This document shows, in pieces, positions 19,757 to 31,438 of a stretch of DNA of 64,000 nucleotides. Position 1 is the first letter of the stretch; every line of letters starts with the position of its first letter. Both the position numbers and the translations under genes were made by a program. The stretch covers positions 2,632-66,631 of the forward strand of contig DAOWHA010000050.1 in assembly GCA_030641665.1 (NCBI GenBank). The letters are read 5' to 3'. Source of the stretch: a bacterium. GTDB taxonomy: Bacteria; Patescibacteriota; Patescibacteriia; JAACEG01. The notes beneath the pieces were generated by a model, which had not been told where the DNA came from, searched no databases, and was given only the letters and a program-made list of their open reading frames with translations.

Positions 19757-20320
19757 CTAGGGAATCTTAACAGATTGCTCTAGATTCCCCTCCAATTTGG
19801 AGGGGTTTTGTTTTTTATAAATTATTTCATTTTTTAACTTTCGCAAATCAATATATTTAGCCCTTTCAATCAATTCTCTTGAAATATGACCCCTTGTTGA
19901 AAAAACAACAACTCTCTTTTTTAATTTTTTCATTTCATCTACTAAAACCGCAAAATCACTGTCGCCTGAAACCAAAATACAACTATTAAATTTATTTATA
20001 TTCTTCATCAAATCAACCGCCAATTCAATGTCTAAATTGCCTTTTCTTTCATAAACGCCTGAACCGACTTTAATTACCTTAACTTCTTTTACTTTAACAA
20101 TATAACCAAGATTTTTTAACTTATTTAAAAAATTATTCTGCTTTAAATTATCTCCTACTTTTCCTGAATAAAAATATATTTTTTCTAAATCAATTTCTTT
20201 TTCTAAATATTTTTTAAATTTTTTATAATCCACTTTCCATTTTAATGTTTGCTGGGAATAAAAAATATTAGACGCGTCTATAAAAACATAAGTTTTGCCT
20301 TTAATAAATCTTGAAATCAT
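19757..20320 (-). CDS. NYN (LabA/DUF88, PIN-like) domain protein
   Basis: VFIDASNI, KGNLDIELAVD, LVSGDSDF acidic motifs. Confidence 0.9.
   Translation of the reverse strand: MISRFIKGKTYVFIDASNIFYSQQTLKWKVDYKKFKKYLEKEIDLEKIYFYSGKVGDNLKQNNFLNKLKNLGYIVKVKEVKVIKVGSGVYERKGNLDIELAVDLMKNINKFNSCILVSGDSDFAVLVDEMKKLKKRVVVFSTRGHISRELIERAKYIDLRKLKNEIIYKKQNPSKLEGNLEQSVKIP
19787..19816 (+). terminator. Intrinsic terminator of the candidate antisense RNA
   Basis: CCCCTCCA-ATT-TGGAGGGG followed by TTTTGTTTTTT. Confidence 0.65.
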
Positions 20321-20325
20321 ATTTT

Positions 20326-21738
<1,413 letters not shown>

Positions 21739-21827
21739 TTATAGTTTACAACCCAAAACCTTAGCGCAGGGTTGACAAATTAAATTTAAAAAGTATATAA
21801 TATAATAAAAACAATAACTTTAAAAAA

Positions 21828-22168
21828 ATGGTTTCTGATAAAATTTTTTGGAGAATAATTTTTTCTATAATTATTTTAGCCAGTGGCTTAATAGGCTGGC
21901 AAAGCGGAAGTTTCATAAATTTTTTGCTTTCATTAGCAGGATTATCTGGATCTTTTTTATTTCTAAGTATAGTTTTTTTATCATCCGTCCTTTTCGTTAC
22001 AATACGGAAAGGGGACAAGGAGGCGGAAGTTGGCTGAATTTTTTTATCACTTTTTTTGGGCTAATGTTTATTTCTGCGATATTCGCAGGAATATACCAAG
22101 TATTTTTGCTGTTTAATATAAACGGTAAAATATATGAGAGCTTATCGGATGGCAAAATTATTCGATAA
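21828..22168 (+). pseudogene. Probable frameshifted membrane-protein gene, antisense within the atp operon
   Basis: Hydrophobic ORF 21828-22037 continues in another frame (GQGGGSWLNFFITFFG...) across AAAGGGG at about 22008-22014; TTGACA at 21772. Confidence 0.45.
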
Positions 22169-22303
22169 AAATTCTAACATTTTCGGGTTGCAACATCATT
22201 GCTGTTGCAACCTTTTTCCTTTTTAAAACAACGGAATAAATAATTTATTTTTATCATCATACTTATTTTACAGATAAAGCGAAATAATCTTATTCCCCCT
22301 CAC

Positions 22304-22444
22304 TGTCTTTGCGAGGAGGCGATAGCCGACGAAGCAATCTCATTACTGAGCGAATAAATCTATAATTATAACTTTTTTGCGTAATTAACGAGATTGCTTC
22401 GTCGCGCCTCTCTCGCTTCGCTCATTCAGCTCCTCGCAAAGACA
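22304..22444. repeat. Palindromic element copy D
   Basis: Same outer and inner IRs. Confidence 0.93.
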
Positions 22445-22467
22445 ATGGAATTTATATAATTTCGTGA

Positions 22468-23436
22468 TTACGCTTTTAACGCATTCGCGCCGGCGCTGAT
22501 CTCCGCGATCTCCGCTGTAATGCTTGCCTGCCTTGCCTTGTTATAAAAGAGCGTTAATTCTGAAACTAAGTCTCCCGCCGCTTCTGTCGCTTGATGCATT
22601 GCTGACATTCTGGCGCTATGTTCGGACGCGTTTGATTCCAGTAGCGCCTGAAAAAGCTGGACTTCAATTAAACGCGGAATCATTTCGTCTAAAACTTCTT
22701 TCGGACTCGGCTCAAAAGTATATTCGTACGCGAACTTATCTGCTTGCAGATATTTCTTCTCTTTTTTCCCGACAAATTCTTTATTAAGTCCTACCCTTGT
22801 GTCCTTTCCGACAATTCCAAGATACTCGTCTTCCGCGGAAATGTCAACAGGCAGAAGCTGATTAACTCTCGGAATCTGCTTTCTAGCATTAACAAAATCG
22901 GTGTAAGCAACCATTATCTTATCGTATGTTCCGCTTAAATAATCGTTTAGCGCCATTCTTGCGATTGGCAAAATTTCTTTTATTTCGCTGATTATATCAA
23001 GTTTGGAAAATTCCGCAACAATGTCATAGTTATAATGCTTTTTTATCGCCGCGCCTTTTTTTCCGATTATTATAAATTCTGGCTTTTCTTTCCCCTGCTC
23101 CATATGCTTTTCAACGCTTTTGCGCGTTTTATTTATAATAGCCGCGTTAAATCCTCCGCATAATCCCCTATTAGACGATATTAAAATAATTCCGACTTTT
23201 TTGATTTTTTTTCGTTTTGTGAAAAGCGGATGCAAATTTTTATCCCCATTATTATCTGTTGCTTGCGATAAATTTAAAACAGTCTTCCAGCTTAAATTAG
23301 CGTAAGTCCTTGTCTTAAGCACGGCCTCAATCGCGCGACGCATTTTGGATGCCGCCACCATTTCCATCGCTTTGGTAATTTTTTTAGTATTGCTGATGGA
23401 TTTTATTCTGCTTTGTATGTCTTTAGTATTCGCCAT
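22468..23436 (-). CDS. atpG: ATP synthase F1 gamma subunit
   Basis: KITKAMEMVAASK, RGLCGGFN, SEHSARM, NKARQASITAEIAEI. Confidence 0.97.
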   Translation of the reverse strand: MANTKDIQSRIKSISNTKKITKAMEMVAASKMRRAIEAVLKTRTYANLSWKTVLNLSQATDNNGDKNLHPLFTKRKKIKKVGIILISSNRGLCGGFNAAIINKTRKSVEKHMEQGKEKPEFIIIGKKGAAIKKHYNYDIVAEFSKLDIISEIKEILPIARMALNDYLSGTYDKIMVAYTDFVNARKQIPRVNQLLPVDISAEDEYLGIVGKDTRVGLNKEFVGKKEKKYLQADKFAYEYTFEPSPKEVLDEMIPRLIEVQLFQALLESNASEHSARMSAMHQATEAAGDLVSELTLFYNKARQASITAEIAEISAGANALKA

Positions 23437-23468
23437 ATTAATTATAAAAACGCGTTTATTAAAAATAT

Positions 23469-23623
23469 TGTCTTTGCGAGGAGCCGAGCGAGTGAAACGA
23501 GCGAAGTGCGACGAAGCAATCCCATTACTAAGCGAATAAATCTCTTTTGTATAGTTTATGCGAATATTAACGAAATTGCTTCGTCGCTCTCTCGCTATGC
23601 TCGTTCGGCTCCTAGCAAAGACA
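23469..23623. repeat. Palindromic element copy E
   Basis: Same outer and inner IRs. Confidence 0.92.
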
Positions 23624-23642
23624 ATAAAAGTATATTCTACTT

Positions 23643-25196
23643 TTAACTCTCTATATAATCTAAAGTATTCTTATAATCCTTAATTAACTTGTTAATTTTC
23701 TCCTCTATTCTTTCATTTAATTCTCCTTTTTCCGCAATCTCTTTTAAAATATCTTCGCCGTTTATTTTCGCGTATTTATTTAATCCAATTTCAAATTCGC
23801 TGATTTTTTCAACAGGGATATCATCTAAAAAGCCAGCGGTAATAGCGTAAAAAATTAAAACTTGATTAGCGACAGGAATCGGTCGATATTGATCTTGCTT
23901 AAATATTTCAACCAATCTTTTTCCTCTTTCTAATTTTGCTTTTGTTTCATCGTCTAAATCAGAACCGAATTGCGCGAACGCGGCTAACTCCCTGTATTGC
24001 GCGGCTTCCAGCCTCATTTTGCCTGCAACTTTTTTCATCGCCTTAATCTGCGCGGCACTTCCTACGCGCGATACTGACAAGCCAGCATTTACGGCAGGCC
24101 TATTTCCTTGATAAAACAGATCTGGTTCAAGATAAATCTGCCCGTCAGTAATTGATATTACATTTGTCGGAATATAAGCAGATACATCTCCCGCCTGTGT
24201 TTCAATAATCGGCAGCGCCGTGATTGATCCTCCGCCGCAATCTTTATTTAATTTACATGCTCTTTCCAGTAATCTTGAATGCAGATAAAAAACATCTCCG
24301 GGATAAGCTTCACGCCCCGGCGGTCGCTTCAATAATAAGGAAATCTCTCGGTAAGCTACAGCATGCTTGCTTAGATCGTCATAAACAATTAAAGCGTCTT
24401 CGCCTTTGTCTAAAAAATATTCCGCTATGGCGCATCCGGCATAAGGCGCGATATAAGAAAACGCCGCCGGGTCGGACGCGCCAGCCAGCACAATAGTAGT
24501 GTAATCCATCGCGCCATGCTCTTCCAGTTTTGCGGCGATGTTAGCGACTTTTGATTCTTTCTGTCCGATTGCGACATAAATGCATTTCATATTCTGCCCT
24601 TTCTGGTTGATAATAGCGTCAATGGCAATCGCGGTTTTTCCGATCTGGCGATCGCCGATTATCAATTCTCTCTGCCCCCTTCCGATCGGAATCATCGCGT
24701 CAATCGCTTTAATTCCCGTCTGAACCGGCTCAAAAACAGATTCTCTGGAAATAACCCCTGGGGCTATTTTTTCAACTGGATAATATTTTTCCGCCTCGAT
24801 TTCACCTTTTCCGTCAATCGGCTGCCCCAAAGCGTTAACAGTTCTGCCGATAATGTTCTCTCCTGTTGGGACTTCTAAAATTCTTTTTAAGCATTTCACT
24901 TCATCGCCTTCTTTAATTTTAGAACAATCTCCTAAAATAATCGCGCCAACACTGTCCTCTTCCAAATTTAAAGCGACACCATATTGGATTTCGGATTTCG
25001 GATTTCGGATTTCGGATTTTTTATTGCTTGAAAATTCAAGCATCTCCGACATCATCACATCGGAAAGCCCTGAAACGCGAGCGATTCCGTCGCCGACTTC
25101 AATGACTTTGCCGACTGTCTGCTCTTTAATCTCTGTTTTAAAATTCGCGATTTGCTTTTTTAATTGTTCAACAATAAAATCTTTTGTATTGCTCAT
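23643..25196 (-). CDS. atpA: ATP synthase F1 alpha subunit (with in-frame heptamer insertion)
   Basis: [45 protein letters not shown]. Confidence 0.98.
   Translation of the reverse strand: MSNTKDFIVEQLKKQIANFKTEIKEQTVGKVIEVGDGIARVSGLSDVMMSEMLEFSSNKKSEIRNPKSEIQYGVALNLEEDSVGAIILGDCSKIKEGDEVKCLKRILEVPTGENIIGRTVNALGQPIDGKGEIEAEKYYPVEKIAPGVISRESVFEPVQTGIKAIDAMIPIGRGQRELIIGDRQIGKTAIAIDAIINQKGQNMKCIYVAIGQKESKVANIAAKLEEHGAMDYTTIVLAGASDPAAFSYIAPYAGCAIAEYFLDKGEDALIVYDDLSKHAVAYREISLLLKRPPGREAYPGDVFYLHSRLLERACKLNKDCGGGSITALPIIETQAGDVSAYIPTNVISITDGQIYLEPDLFYQGNRPAVNAGLSVSRVGSAAQIKAMKKVAGKMRLEAAQYRELAAFAQFGSDLDDETKAKLERGKRLVEIFKQDQYRPIPVANQVLIFYAITAGFLDDIPVEKISEFEIGLNKYAKINGEDILKEIAEKGELNERIEEKINKLIKDYKNTLDYIES
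24984..25018. repeat. (TCGGATT)x5 tandem heptamer within atpA
   Basis: ttggatt tcggatt tcggatt tcggatt tcggatt; encodes [12 protein letters not shown]. Confidence 0.9.
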
Positions 25197-25264
25197 ACTA
25201 TTGACTTTTTTATAATTTATGTTAATTTTTTATTAAACTCATATTTTAAAAAGGAGGGATAAAA

Positions 25265-25408
25265 ATGACTGATTATTTTTTTATACTTTTATTGATAATT
25301 TTAATAATTTGGATTTTTTTTCCATTTCTTTCAAAAAGTTTGAAAAAATTGAAACACAGAAAAAAATTAGCAAAAATAAAAAAAGCAATAAGAGAAGGAA
25401 AAATATAA
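25265..25408 (+). CDS. Small single-TM basic peptide (47 aa), antisense within the atp operon
   Basis: AAGGAGG SD; MTDYFFILLLIILIIWIFFPFLSKSLKKLKHRKKLAKIKKAIREGKI; hairpin GGCTTTGCG/CGCAAAGTC downstream. Confidence 0.6.
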   Translation: MTDYFFILLLIILIIWIFFPFLSKSLKKLKHRKKLAKIKKAIREGKI

Positions 25409-25472
25409 AAAAATCAAAACAAAGGGAGGTGATAAATAAGGCTTTGCGTTCACGCAAAGTCTTACTTTTTTC

Positions 25473-25612
25473 TGTCTTTGCGAGAAGGCGATAGCCGACG
25501 AAGCAATCCCATTGCTAAGCGAAAAAAATTATAAACACAGATTTGTTCGTTCAGTAATGGGATTGCTTCGTCGCTCTCTCTCGCTATGCTCGCTCGGCTC
25601 CTCGCAAAGACA
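25473..25612. repeat. Palindromic element copy F
   Basis: Same outer and inner IRs. Confidence 0.93.
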
Positions 25613-25624
25613 AGGTAATTAAAT

Positions 25625-26026
25625 TTACCTTACCATCTCGCTTCTTAACCCGCTTAAACTATTCCTTAAACTCCCATCCAAAATTTTATCTTCATATTTA
25701 ATGACCACTCCTCCTAAAATATCTTTATTTATTTTCTGATTTAAAATAACTTTTTCCGCTCCGGACAATTTAGCAATATAACTATTTAACAATTCAATAA
25801 TCTCCTTGCCTAACTCCTTGGCGCTCACGACTTCCGCTTCAATAATGCTATGTTCTTTGTCCCATATTTTACAAAATTGTCCCGCTATTTTTTCTAATTT
25901 ATTAATATCGCTATTGCTTTGCAAAACTTTAACAAAATTTTCAATCACAACTTTAATCTCGCTGTCTTTTTTTTCTTGAACAACTTGATATAAACTTTCA
26001 GCGTACTGTTTTGATGATATTTTCAT
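25625..26026 (-). CDS. atpH: ATP synthase delta subunit
   Basis: Start MKISSKQYAESL at 26026; VVSAKEL, DILGGVVIK..ILDGSLR; operon position. Confidence 0.88.
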   Translation of the reverse strand: MKISSKQYAESLYQVVQEKKDSEIKVVIENFVKVLQSNSDINKLEKIAGQFCKIWDKEHSIIEAEVVSAKELGKEIIELLNSYIAKLSGAEKVILNQKINKDILGGVVIKYEDKILDGSLRNSLSGLRSEMVR

Positions 26027-26074
26027 AAAAATAATCCTAAAATGTCTTAATAAAAAAAATTTCTCTCTTCTGGT

Positions 26075-26215
26075 TGTCTTTGCGAGAAGCGAATGGAGCG
26101 ATAGCAAAATGAGCGACGAAGCAATCCCATTACTGAACGAACAAATCTGTGATTACAAATCTCTTTGCGTAAACAACGAGATTGCTTCGTCGGCTATCGC
26201 CTCCTCGCAAAGACA
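26075..26215. repeat. Palindromic element copy G
   Basis: Same outer and inner IRs. Confidence 0.93.
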
Positions 26216-26222
26216 ATGGTGT

Positions 26223-26711
26223 TTATTTTACTATTTTTTTAATCAATTCTTTGTCTTTCTCGCTATCCATTTTTTCTTCCAATACTTTTTCAACAGACAG
26301 GACAACCAATTCCGCCATCTCTTTTTTCAGTTCTTTTTCCATCGCTTGTTTTTCGCCTTTAATCTGTTCCTTTGCTTTTTGAATAACAGCCGCTACCTCT
26401 TCTTTTGCTTTTTCAACTGTCGCATTTTTGTTGTCTTCGGCTTTTTTTTGCGCCTGCTCTAAAATACCGCTTGCGCCTTTTTTGGCTTTGATTATTTTCG
26501 CCGCGCATTCTTTATCAGAAACTAATAATCTTTCTTCAATTTTCTTTGCGTCTTTTAACCCTTTTTCAACTGTTTTTGTCCGCTCATCCATCACTTTGAT
26601 AATCGGCTTTAGCGCAAACTTATAAAGCACAAAAAAAACAATGGCAAAATTAACCATTTGCGCGATTAAAAGTTTCCAGTCTATATGAAAAGTTGAAATT
26701 ATAGAATCCAT
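26223..26711 (-). CDS. atpF: ATP synthase Fo subunit b
   Basis: IAQMVNFAIVFFVLYKFALKPI TM segment followed by coiled coil. Confidence 0.93.
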   Translation of the reverse strand: MDSIISTFHIDWKLLIAQMVNFAIVFFVLYKFALKPIIKVMDERTKTVEKGLKDAKKIEERLLVSDKECAAKIIKAKKGASGILEQAQKKAEDNKNATVEKAKEEVAAVIQKAKEQIKGEKQAMEKELKKEMAELVVLSVEKVLEEKMDSEKDKELIKKIVK

Positions 26712-26734
26712 TAGAATAATTTTTAATTTTTATT

Positions 26735-26796
26735 GTAGGGACGGGTTTAAAACCCGTCCGTATCATTGGATAATGGGTTTAAAACCCATCCATACG
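26735..26796. repeat. GTAG-type REP pair
   Basis: GTAGGGACGGGTTTAAAACCCGTCCGTA followed by ATGGGTTTAAAACCCATCCATAC. Confidence 0.7.
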
Positions 26797-26870
26797 ATTT
26801 GGTTTTATTTTTTTAATAAATTATTTTATCTGCGAGAGATTAAATAATAACCGCCCGCGCATCAAATAAT

Positions 26871-27095
<225 letters not shown>

Positions 27096-27149
27096 TTATT
27101 AAATTAAATAAATAATTATTCTTTAAATTACAAAATTCGTAAATCCAAC

Positions 27150-27292
27150 TGTCTTTGCGAGCGGAGTGCAACGGAGCGAAGCAATCTCATTACTGAGCAA
27201 AAAAAACTATAATCATAACTCCTTCTGCTTAGTAATGGGATTGCTTCGTCATTTCGTTTCGCTATCTCTCCACTTCATTCCTCGCAAAGACA
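27150..27292. repeat. Palindromic element copy H
   Basis: Same outer and inner IRs. Confidence 0.93.
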
Positions 27293-27313
27293 AATAGTTG
27301 ACTAATAATCTAT

Positions 27314-28162
27314 CTAATGCTCTTCTGACATGCTAATAGACGCAAAAACCAAAGTCAGCATCGCAAAAATCAACGCTTGAATTAATCCGACGATTATCTC
27401 TAAAAATATAAACGGGATCGGCAGTAAAAACGAACAAATTGCCGCCATTGAAATCAATAAAACTTCTCCTGCGAATATATTGCCAAACAGCCTGAAAGAA
27501 AGCGACGCTACTTTTGCGATCTCCCCTATTATTTCAACTATGCCGACAAAAAATTTAATCGGATTAATTAAAAGAATGCTCGGGTCTTTTATAATTTTTT
27601 TCGGAACCGCCAATAAAGCGTTAATATTTATAAATTTATTGATATGGCTCCAAAGCCCTATCGTCACTATGCCTAACAGATGAGTTCCAATAATAGCAAT
27701 TAGCGATAAAGCTAAAGTTGTGTTAAGATCGGCTGTTCCGCCTCGCAAAAAAGGGATAAACATATTATGTCCATTATGCTCTTCAATAAAACCGATTGAT
27801 CCTACTCCGGGCAGCAATCCAAACCAATTATTTAACAGGATAAATATAAAAAAAGCGAATACAAGAGGAAATATTTTCAGCGATTTTTTTCTTGAGTTGG
27901 TCACGCTGTCGCACAGTTCAATCGCTTTTTCAATTACAACTTCGGCAACATTCTGCGCGCCGCGCGGGACTTTTTTTATCCTTTTTTTAATAAATATGGA
28001 AATCGCTATTATTAAAAAAACAACCACCCAACTTACAAACAAAGAATTCGTAATTGTAAAATGCTTAAAATGAAAAATCGGCTCGGCAAACAGGGTTGTT
28101 TCATGAAGAATTTCTTGATGTTCGCTGTTATTTTGTTCCACGCTGCTTGCTGTCTGGCTCAT
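27314..28162 (-). CDS. atpB: ATP synthase Fo subunit a
   Basis: TADLNTT, SLSFRLFGNIFAGE, LEIIVGLIQALIF. Confidence 0.96.
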   Translation of the reverse strand: MSQTASSVEQNNSEHQEILHETTLFAEPIFHFKHFTITNSLFVSWVVVFLIIAISIFIKKRIKKVPRGAQNVAEVVIEKAIELCDSVTNSRKKSLKIFPLVFAFFIFILLNNWFGLLPGVGSIGFIEEHNGHNMFIPFLRGGTADLNTTLALSLIAIIGTHLLGIVTIGLWSHINKFININALLAVPKKIIKDPSILLINPIKFFVGIVEIIGEIAKVASLSFRLFGNIFAGEVLLISMAAICSFLLPIPFIFLEIIVGLIQALIFAMLTLVFASISMSEEH

Positions 28163-28409
28163 CTTCCTTGTTTTTACTTAAATTATCTAAATCTTTCATC
28201 GCCTTAATAGCGTTATAAACAATTCCGACATTGGAAATTATAAACGCAATAAAAACGGACAATAAAAACAGTTTTGGCTCTGTGCCATACTTATCATCCA
28301 GCCACTTTCCAAAGAAAATAGCCGCTATAATCGGAACGGCAATCCATCCTGACAGTTTCAAAAAAAGTTCAATTCCCGGCTGCCACCAATTGTTTTCTTT
28401 TCTGCTCAT
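28128..28409 (-). CDS. AtpZ/AtpI-family protein
   Basis: FGKWLDDKYGTEP motif; first gene of the atp operon. Confidence 0.8.
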   Translation of the reverse strand: MSRKENNWWQPGIELFLKLSGWIAVPIIAAIFFGKWLDDKYGTEPKLFLLSVFIAFIISNVGIVYNAIKAMKDLDNLSKNKEDEPDSKQRGTK

Positions 28410-28502
28410 AGGAATTTCAAAAAAAATAAAAAACCGCAGATCGCCTACGCTATATAAATTATTATGAATAAATTTTTTGTTTTTGTCAAGATAAAAATGA
28501 AC

Positions 28503-28518
28503 TGCGGAGAGGGAGGGA
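28503..28518 (-). other. att-like copy of the tRNA-Ser(GCT) 3' end
   Basis: TGCGGAGAGGGAGGGA identical to 31057-31072. Confidence 0.75.
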
Positions 28519-28561
28519 CGATGTTGAAATATGGCTAAATAGTATTTTAGATAATAGTTGT

Positions 28562-30067
28562 CTAAAATAAATCAAAATCAACAAGACCTTCATTTAAACT
28601 TTTCCAAAAACCTTTCTTTTTTTCTTTAATTTCTGATTGCACTTTAATATTGATAGTATTAGATATTTTTTGATGTTTCTTGTTATTTCTCTCTATGCCC
28701 ACCATCATAGAATATCCAGGAAATTTTTCATCGTCCCAGTCAGTCTGCCATTTTCCATTTTTCCAAACCCAATTATTCAAATTATTATCAACGAAAGACC
28801 ATGATGTATCTTTTTTTGGATTTACTCTATCAGGTATATTTTCAAACAATTTTAGTATTTTATCAGGTTTGAAAATTGGGCAAATTCTTAACTGCTGAAA
28901 TTGACGATCTATCTCTTTTTTTATTTTATCTTTATTAAAAATCCACTCACCGCTTTGGGTGTTAATATATCCATATTCTCGCCAAGAATTTTGTTTAAAC
29001 TCATTAAAGTAAAAATTTTTACATCCAAATTTGTTTATGTTACCGTCCCATTCGTTTGTGCGACAATAATCTAAAGATTTACCTGTTTTGACTTTTTCTT
29101 TATAACACCACAAACCATTACGAAGCATAGTTGAGCGTATAGGCTTTCCGTCTATCTCTATATTTTGTGTTTTCCAACCACTTGTATAGTCAAGCATGGT
29201 GTATAAATTTTCTATATTCTCAATATCAAAATAAGCGGAGTAAATAGTGTCACCTTTTTCTTCTATTTTTTCAAATGTTTTCTGTTTTTCTATAAAAATT
29301 ATTGCTTTCTCTCTTTTTTTTGAAGTAGATTTACCGAATGATATTTTGATTTTTCTTTTACCTTTTTCATTTCTATTTTTCTCATTTTTATTGACTGAAA
29401 ATATTTCAACATCAATATTAAGTTCATCGGACAAAAAAGAGTGCCATTCCATTTGTTTGGTTGAAATTTTGTCTTTTTCGCTCTTTACTTCTGCAAAAAA
29501 ATATTTATCTTTTGAATAAACAAATAAGTCTGGAAGTCCTGATCTATTATAACTAAAATTTTTGAATAATCTTTCTATGATGCTTAATAATTTATCCTTT
29601 TCCATTACATCAACAGCAATACACAACTGATCTATTGAAAATTTATCCCAGTTTTCAATAGGTCTACAATATTTTTTAAAATTATTTTTATATGAATTAA
29701 CTAAAACTTCTTTTATATCAATATTTACAAGTTCTTTTAATTTATTTTTTAATAGGCTTTTTCTTGTTGAATAAAAATTATCAGAAAAAAAATCTCTAGG
29801 CATGTCCTGATATTCGTTAGGAAAATTTTCGCCAAACTCTGGACTCCAAACACCGTCAATTTTAGCAAATATAATATCCCAAAATAATAAAGCATATATT
29901 TCCCACCAATAACTATTTTCTGTCCAAATAGAAAAAAGACTTTCTTTTTCATAAATTTTTCGAGCAAATTCTTCAACAAAAAAATAGTCATTGTCTAATA
30001 AATACTTAATCTTTTTACCAGATGAAAAATTTTGCTTTTCAGCTTGTATATTTTTTTCAGAAATCAT
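28562..30067 (-). CDS. VRR-NUC (FAN1-like PD-(D/E)XK) nuclease domain protein with unknown C-terminal region
   Basis: LLFWDIIF, SGLPDLFV..FAEVKSEKDKISTKQMEW. Confidence 0.8.
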   Translation of the reverse strand: MISEKNIQAEKQNFSSGKKIKYLLDNDYFFVEEFARKIYEKESLFSIWTENSYWWEIYALLFWDIIFAKIDGVWSPEFGENFPNEYQDMPRDFFSDNFYSTRKSLLKNKLKELVNIDIKEVLVNSYKNNFKKYCRPIENWDKFSIDQLCIAVDVMEKDKLLSIIERLFKNFSYNRSGLPDLFVYSKDKYFFAEVKSEKDKISTKQMEWHSFLSDELNIDVEIFSVNKNEKNRNEKGKRKIKISFGKSTSKKREKAIIFIEKQKTFEKIEEKGDTIYSAYFDIENIENLYTMLDYTSGWKTQNIEIDGKPIRSTMLRNGLWCYKEKVKTGKSLDYCRTNEWDGNINKFGCKNFYFNEFKQNSWREYGYINTQSGEWIFNKDKIKKEIDRQFQQLRICPIFKPDKILKLFENIPDRVNPKKDTSWSFVDNNLNNWVWKNGKWQTDWDDEKFPGYSMMVGIERNNKKHQKISNTINIKVQSEIKEKKKGFWKSLNEGLVDFDLF

Positions 30068-30099
30068 GAAATGATCTTATTTAACTTATATTTCAAATT

Positions 30100-30855
30100 T
30101 TATAAATTATTATAAGCCTCAACCTGATTATTATATTCGTATTTAATCATTTCGTAATCATCACCCCATTTTTGTTTTGCATTAGTCATAATGTTTGGAT
30201 ATTCAGTTTGAGATATTATCCATTCATAGGCTCCAGCTTGATTGTTGTATTCATACTTCACCATTTCAAAATCATTATTCCATTTGGTTTTAGCTTTTGC
30301 CATAATATCTGGATATCTTGTTTGTGCTACAACCCAGTCGTATACTTGAACTTGATTATTATATTCATATTGAACCATTTCATAATCGGTACCCCATTTT
30401 GAAGAAGCGTTTGCTTTTAGAATTGTAAGGATATTTTCCCTATTAGTTTTTTGGGTTGGCGCAGGTGTCTCAGGTGCTGGCTCTTTTTTTGGAGGAGCAG
30501 TTGCTATTTCTGTAGATATGGTTTCTTCTTTTTGGGTCTTGGGCTTTTCGATAATTTCATTTTTATTTGTTGTTTGCTCCTTCTCTTGTTCGTCATCAAT
30601 TTTTACTGTTTGATTATCCGCCTCAATATTTTCAGAAATTTTATTTTCTTGCGCAACTTGTGGTGTTTGTGTGGTTGGTTCTGTCGTAATTCCAAATAAA
30701 ATAAAAAATACTAAGGCAAAGATTCCAAAAATCATTACTGTAACTTTTCGTGTTGCTCGCTCTTTTAGAAAGCGAATAAAAATGTCTGGTTTAATCAAGC
30801 CAACAATCAATGCAATGATTGAGGTTAAAAATAAAAGTAAAAATAAATTGTCCAT
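30100..30855 (-). CDS. Membrane-anchored protein with three ~38-aa C-terminal repeats
   Basis: Two N-terminal TM segments, P/T-rich linker, KWxxD(Y/F)EM(V/I)xYEYNNQ x3. Confidence 0.75.
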   Translation of the reverse strand: MDNLFLLLFLTSIIALIVGLIKPDIFIRFLKERATRKVTVMIFGIFALVFFILFGITTEPTTQTPQVAQENKISENIEADNQTVKIDDEQEKEQTTNKNEIIEKPKTQKEETISTEIATAPPKKEPAPETPAPTQKTNRENILTILKANASSKWGTDYEMVQYEYNNQVQVYDWVVAQTRYPDIMAKAKTKWNNDFEMVKYEYNNQAGAYEWIISQTEYPNIMTNAKQKWGDDYEMIKYEYNNQVEAYNNL

Positions 30856-30877
30856 AGTATTGTTATTAAAAAATTAT

Positions 30878-30937
30878 TTATAAACAAAAAATTAATTTTT
30901 TCTTAGCGCTAAATTCGTCTTCCGTAATAATTCCTTT
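30878..30937 (-). pseudogene. Orphan SHOCT-domain C-terminal fragment
   Basis: Translates KGIITEDEFSAKKKLIFCL*; no upstream start. Confidence 0.55.
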
Positions 30938-30951
30938 TTATAAAATGAATG

Positions 30952-31038
30952 CGGAGAGGGATGGATTCGCCCTGTCATCCGACAGGGCGCCCCGATGGAT
31001 ATCGGGGCGAACCATTAAGCTAGTTGCCCAACTAACAC
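30952..31038 (-). pseudogene. Degenerate tRNA-Ser(GCT) 3' half with a 40-bp T-loop insertion (30970-31009)
   Basis: Aligns to the intact tRNA at 31059-31106 once the insert is removed. Confidence 0.8.
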
Positions 31039-31058
31039 AATATCAAATTTATTAAATG

Positions 31059-31145
31059 CGGAGAGGGAGGGATTCGAACCCTCGAGCCAGTTGCCCAGCT
31101 AACACCTTAGCAGGGTGCCCCTTTCAACCACTCAGGCACCTCTCC
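31059..31145 (-). tRNA. tRNA-Ser(GCT)
   Basis: GGAGAGG/CCTCTCC acceptor, CT-GCT-AA anticodon loop, long variable arm, GGTTCGAATCC. Confidence 0.95.
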
Positions 31146-31151
31146 GTTTTT

Positions 31152-31412
31152 TTATTTTCCCAACTTAATAAACAATTCTTTGATTTGTTGTTTTAAAAAA
31201 TATTTTCCTTCTGTTGTTTTTAAATATTTTTCTCTTCTTTCGGCATCCTTTTTTAATAAATACGCTTCATAATGAACTAATTTAATCGGCAGCCGCCTAT
31301 TTGTTGATTTGACTTTACCTGATTTGTGCTCAATAATTCTGCGTTTTAAATTGCTCGTAAATCCAGTATACAATTGGTTGTTATTTAATAATAAAATATA
31401 AACATAATACAT
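31152..31412 (-). CDS. GIY-YIG nuclease family protein (stand-alone, 86 aa)
   Basis: YYVYIL..LYTGFT.NLKRR..EH, YEAY..KKDAERREKYLK. Confidence 0.9.
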   Translation of the reverse strand: MYYVYILLLNNNQLYTGFTSNLKRRIIEHKSGKVKSTNRRLPIKLVHYEAYLLKKDAERREKYLKTTEGKYFLKQQIKELFIKLGK

Positions 31413-31438
31413 AAACTCTTAACCATTGACTTATTAAG

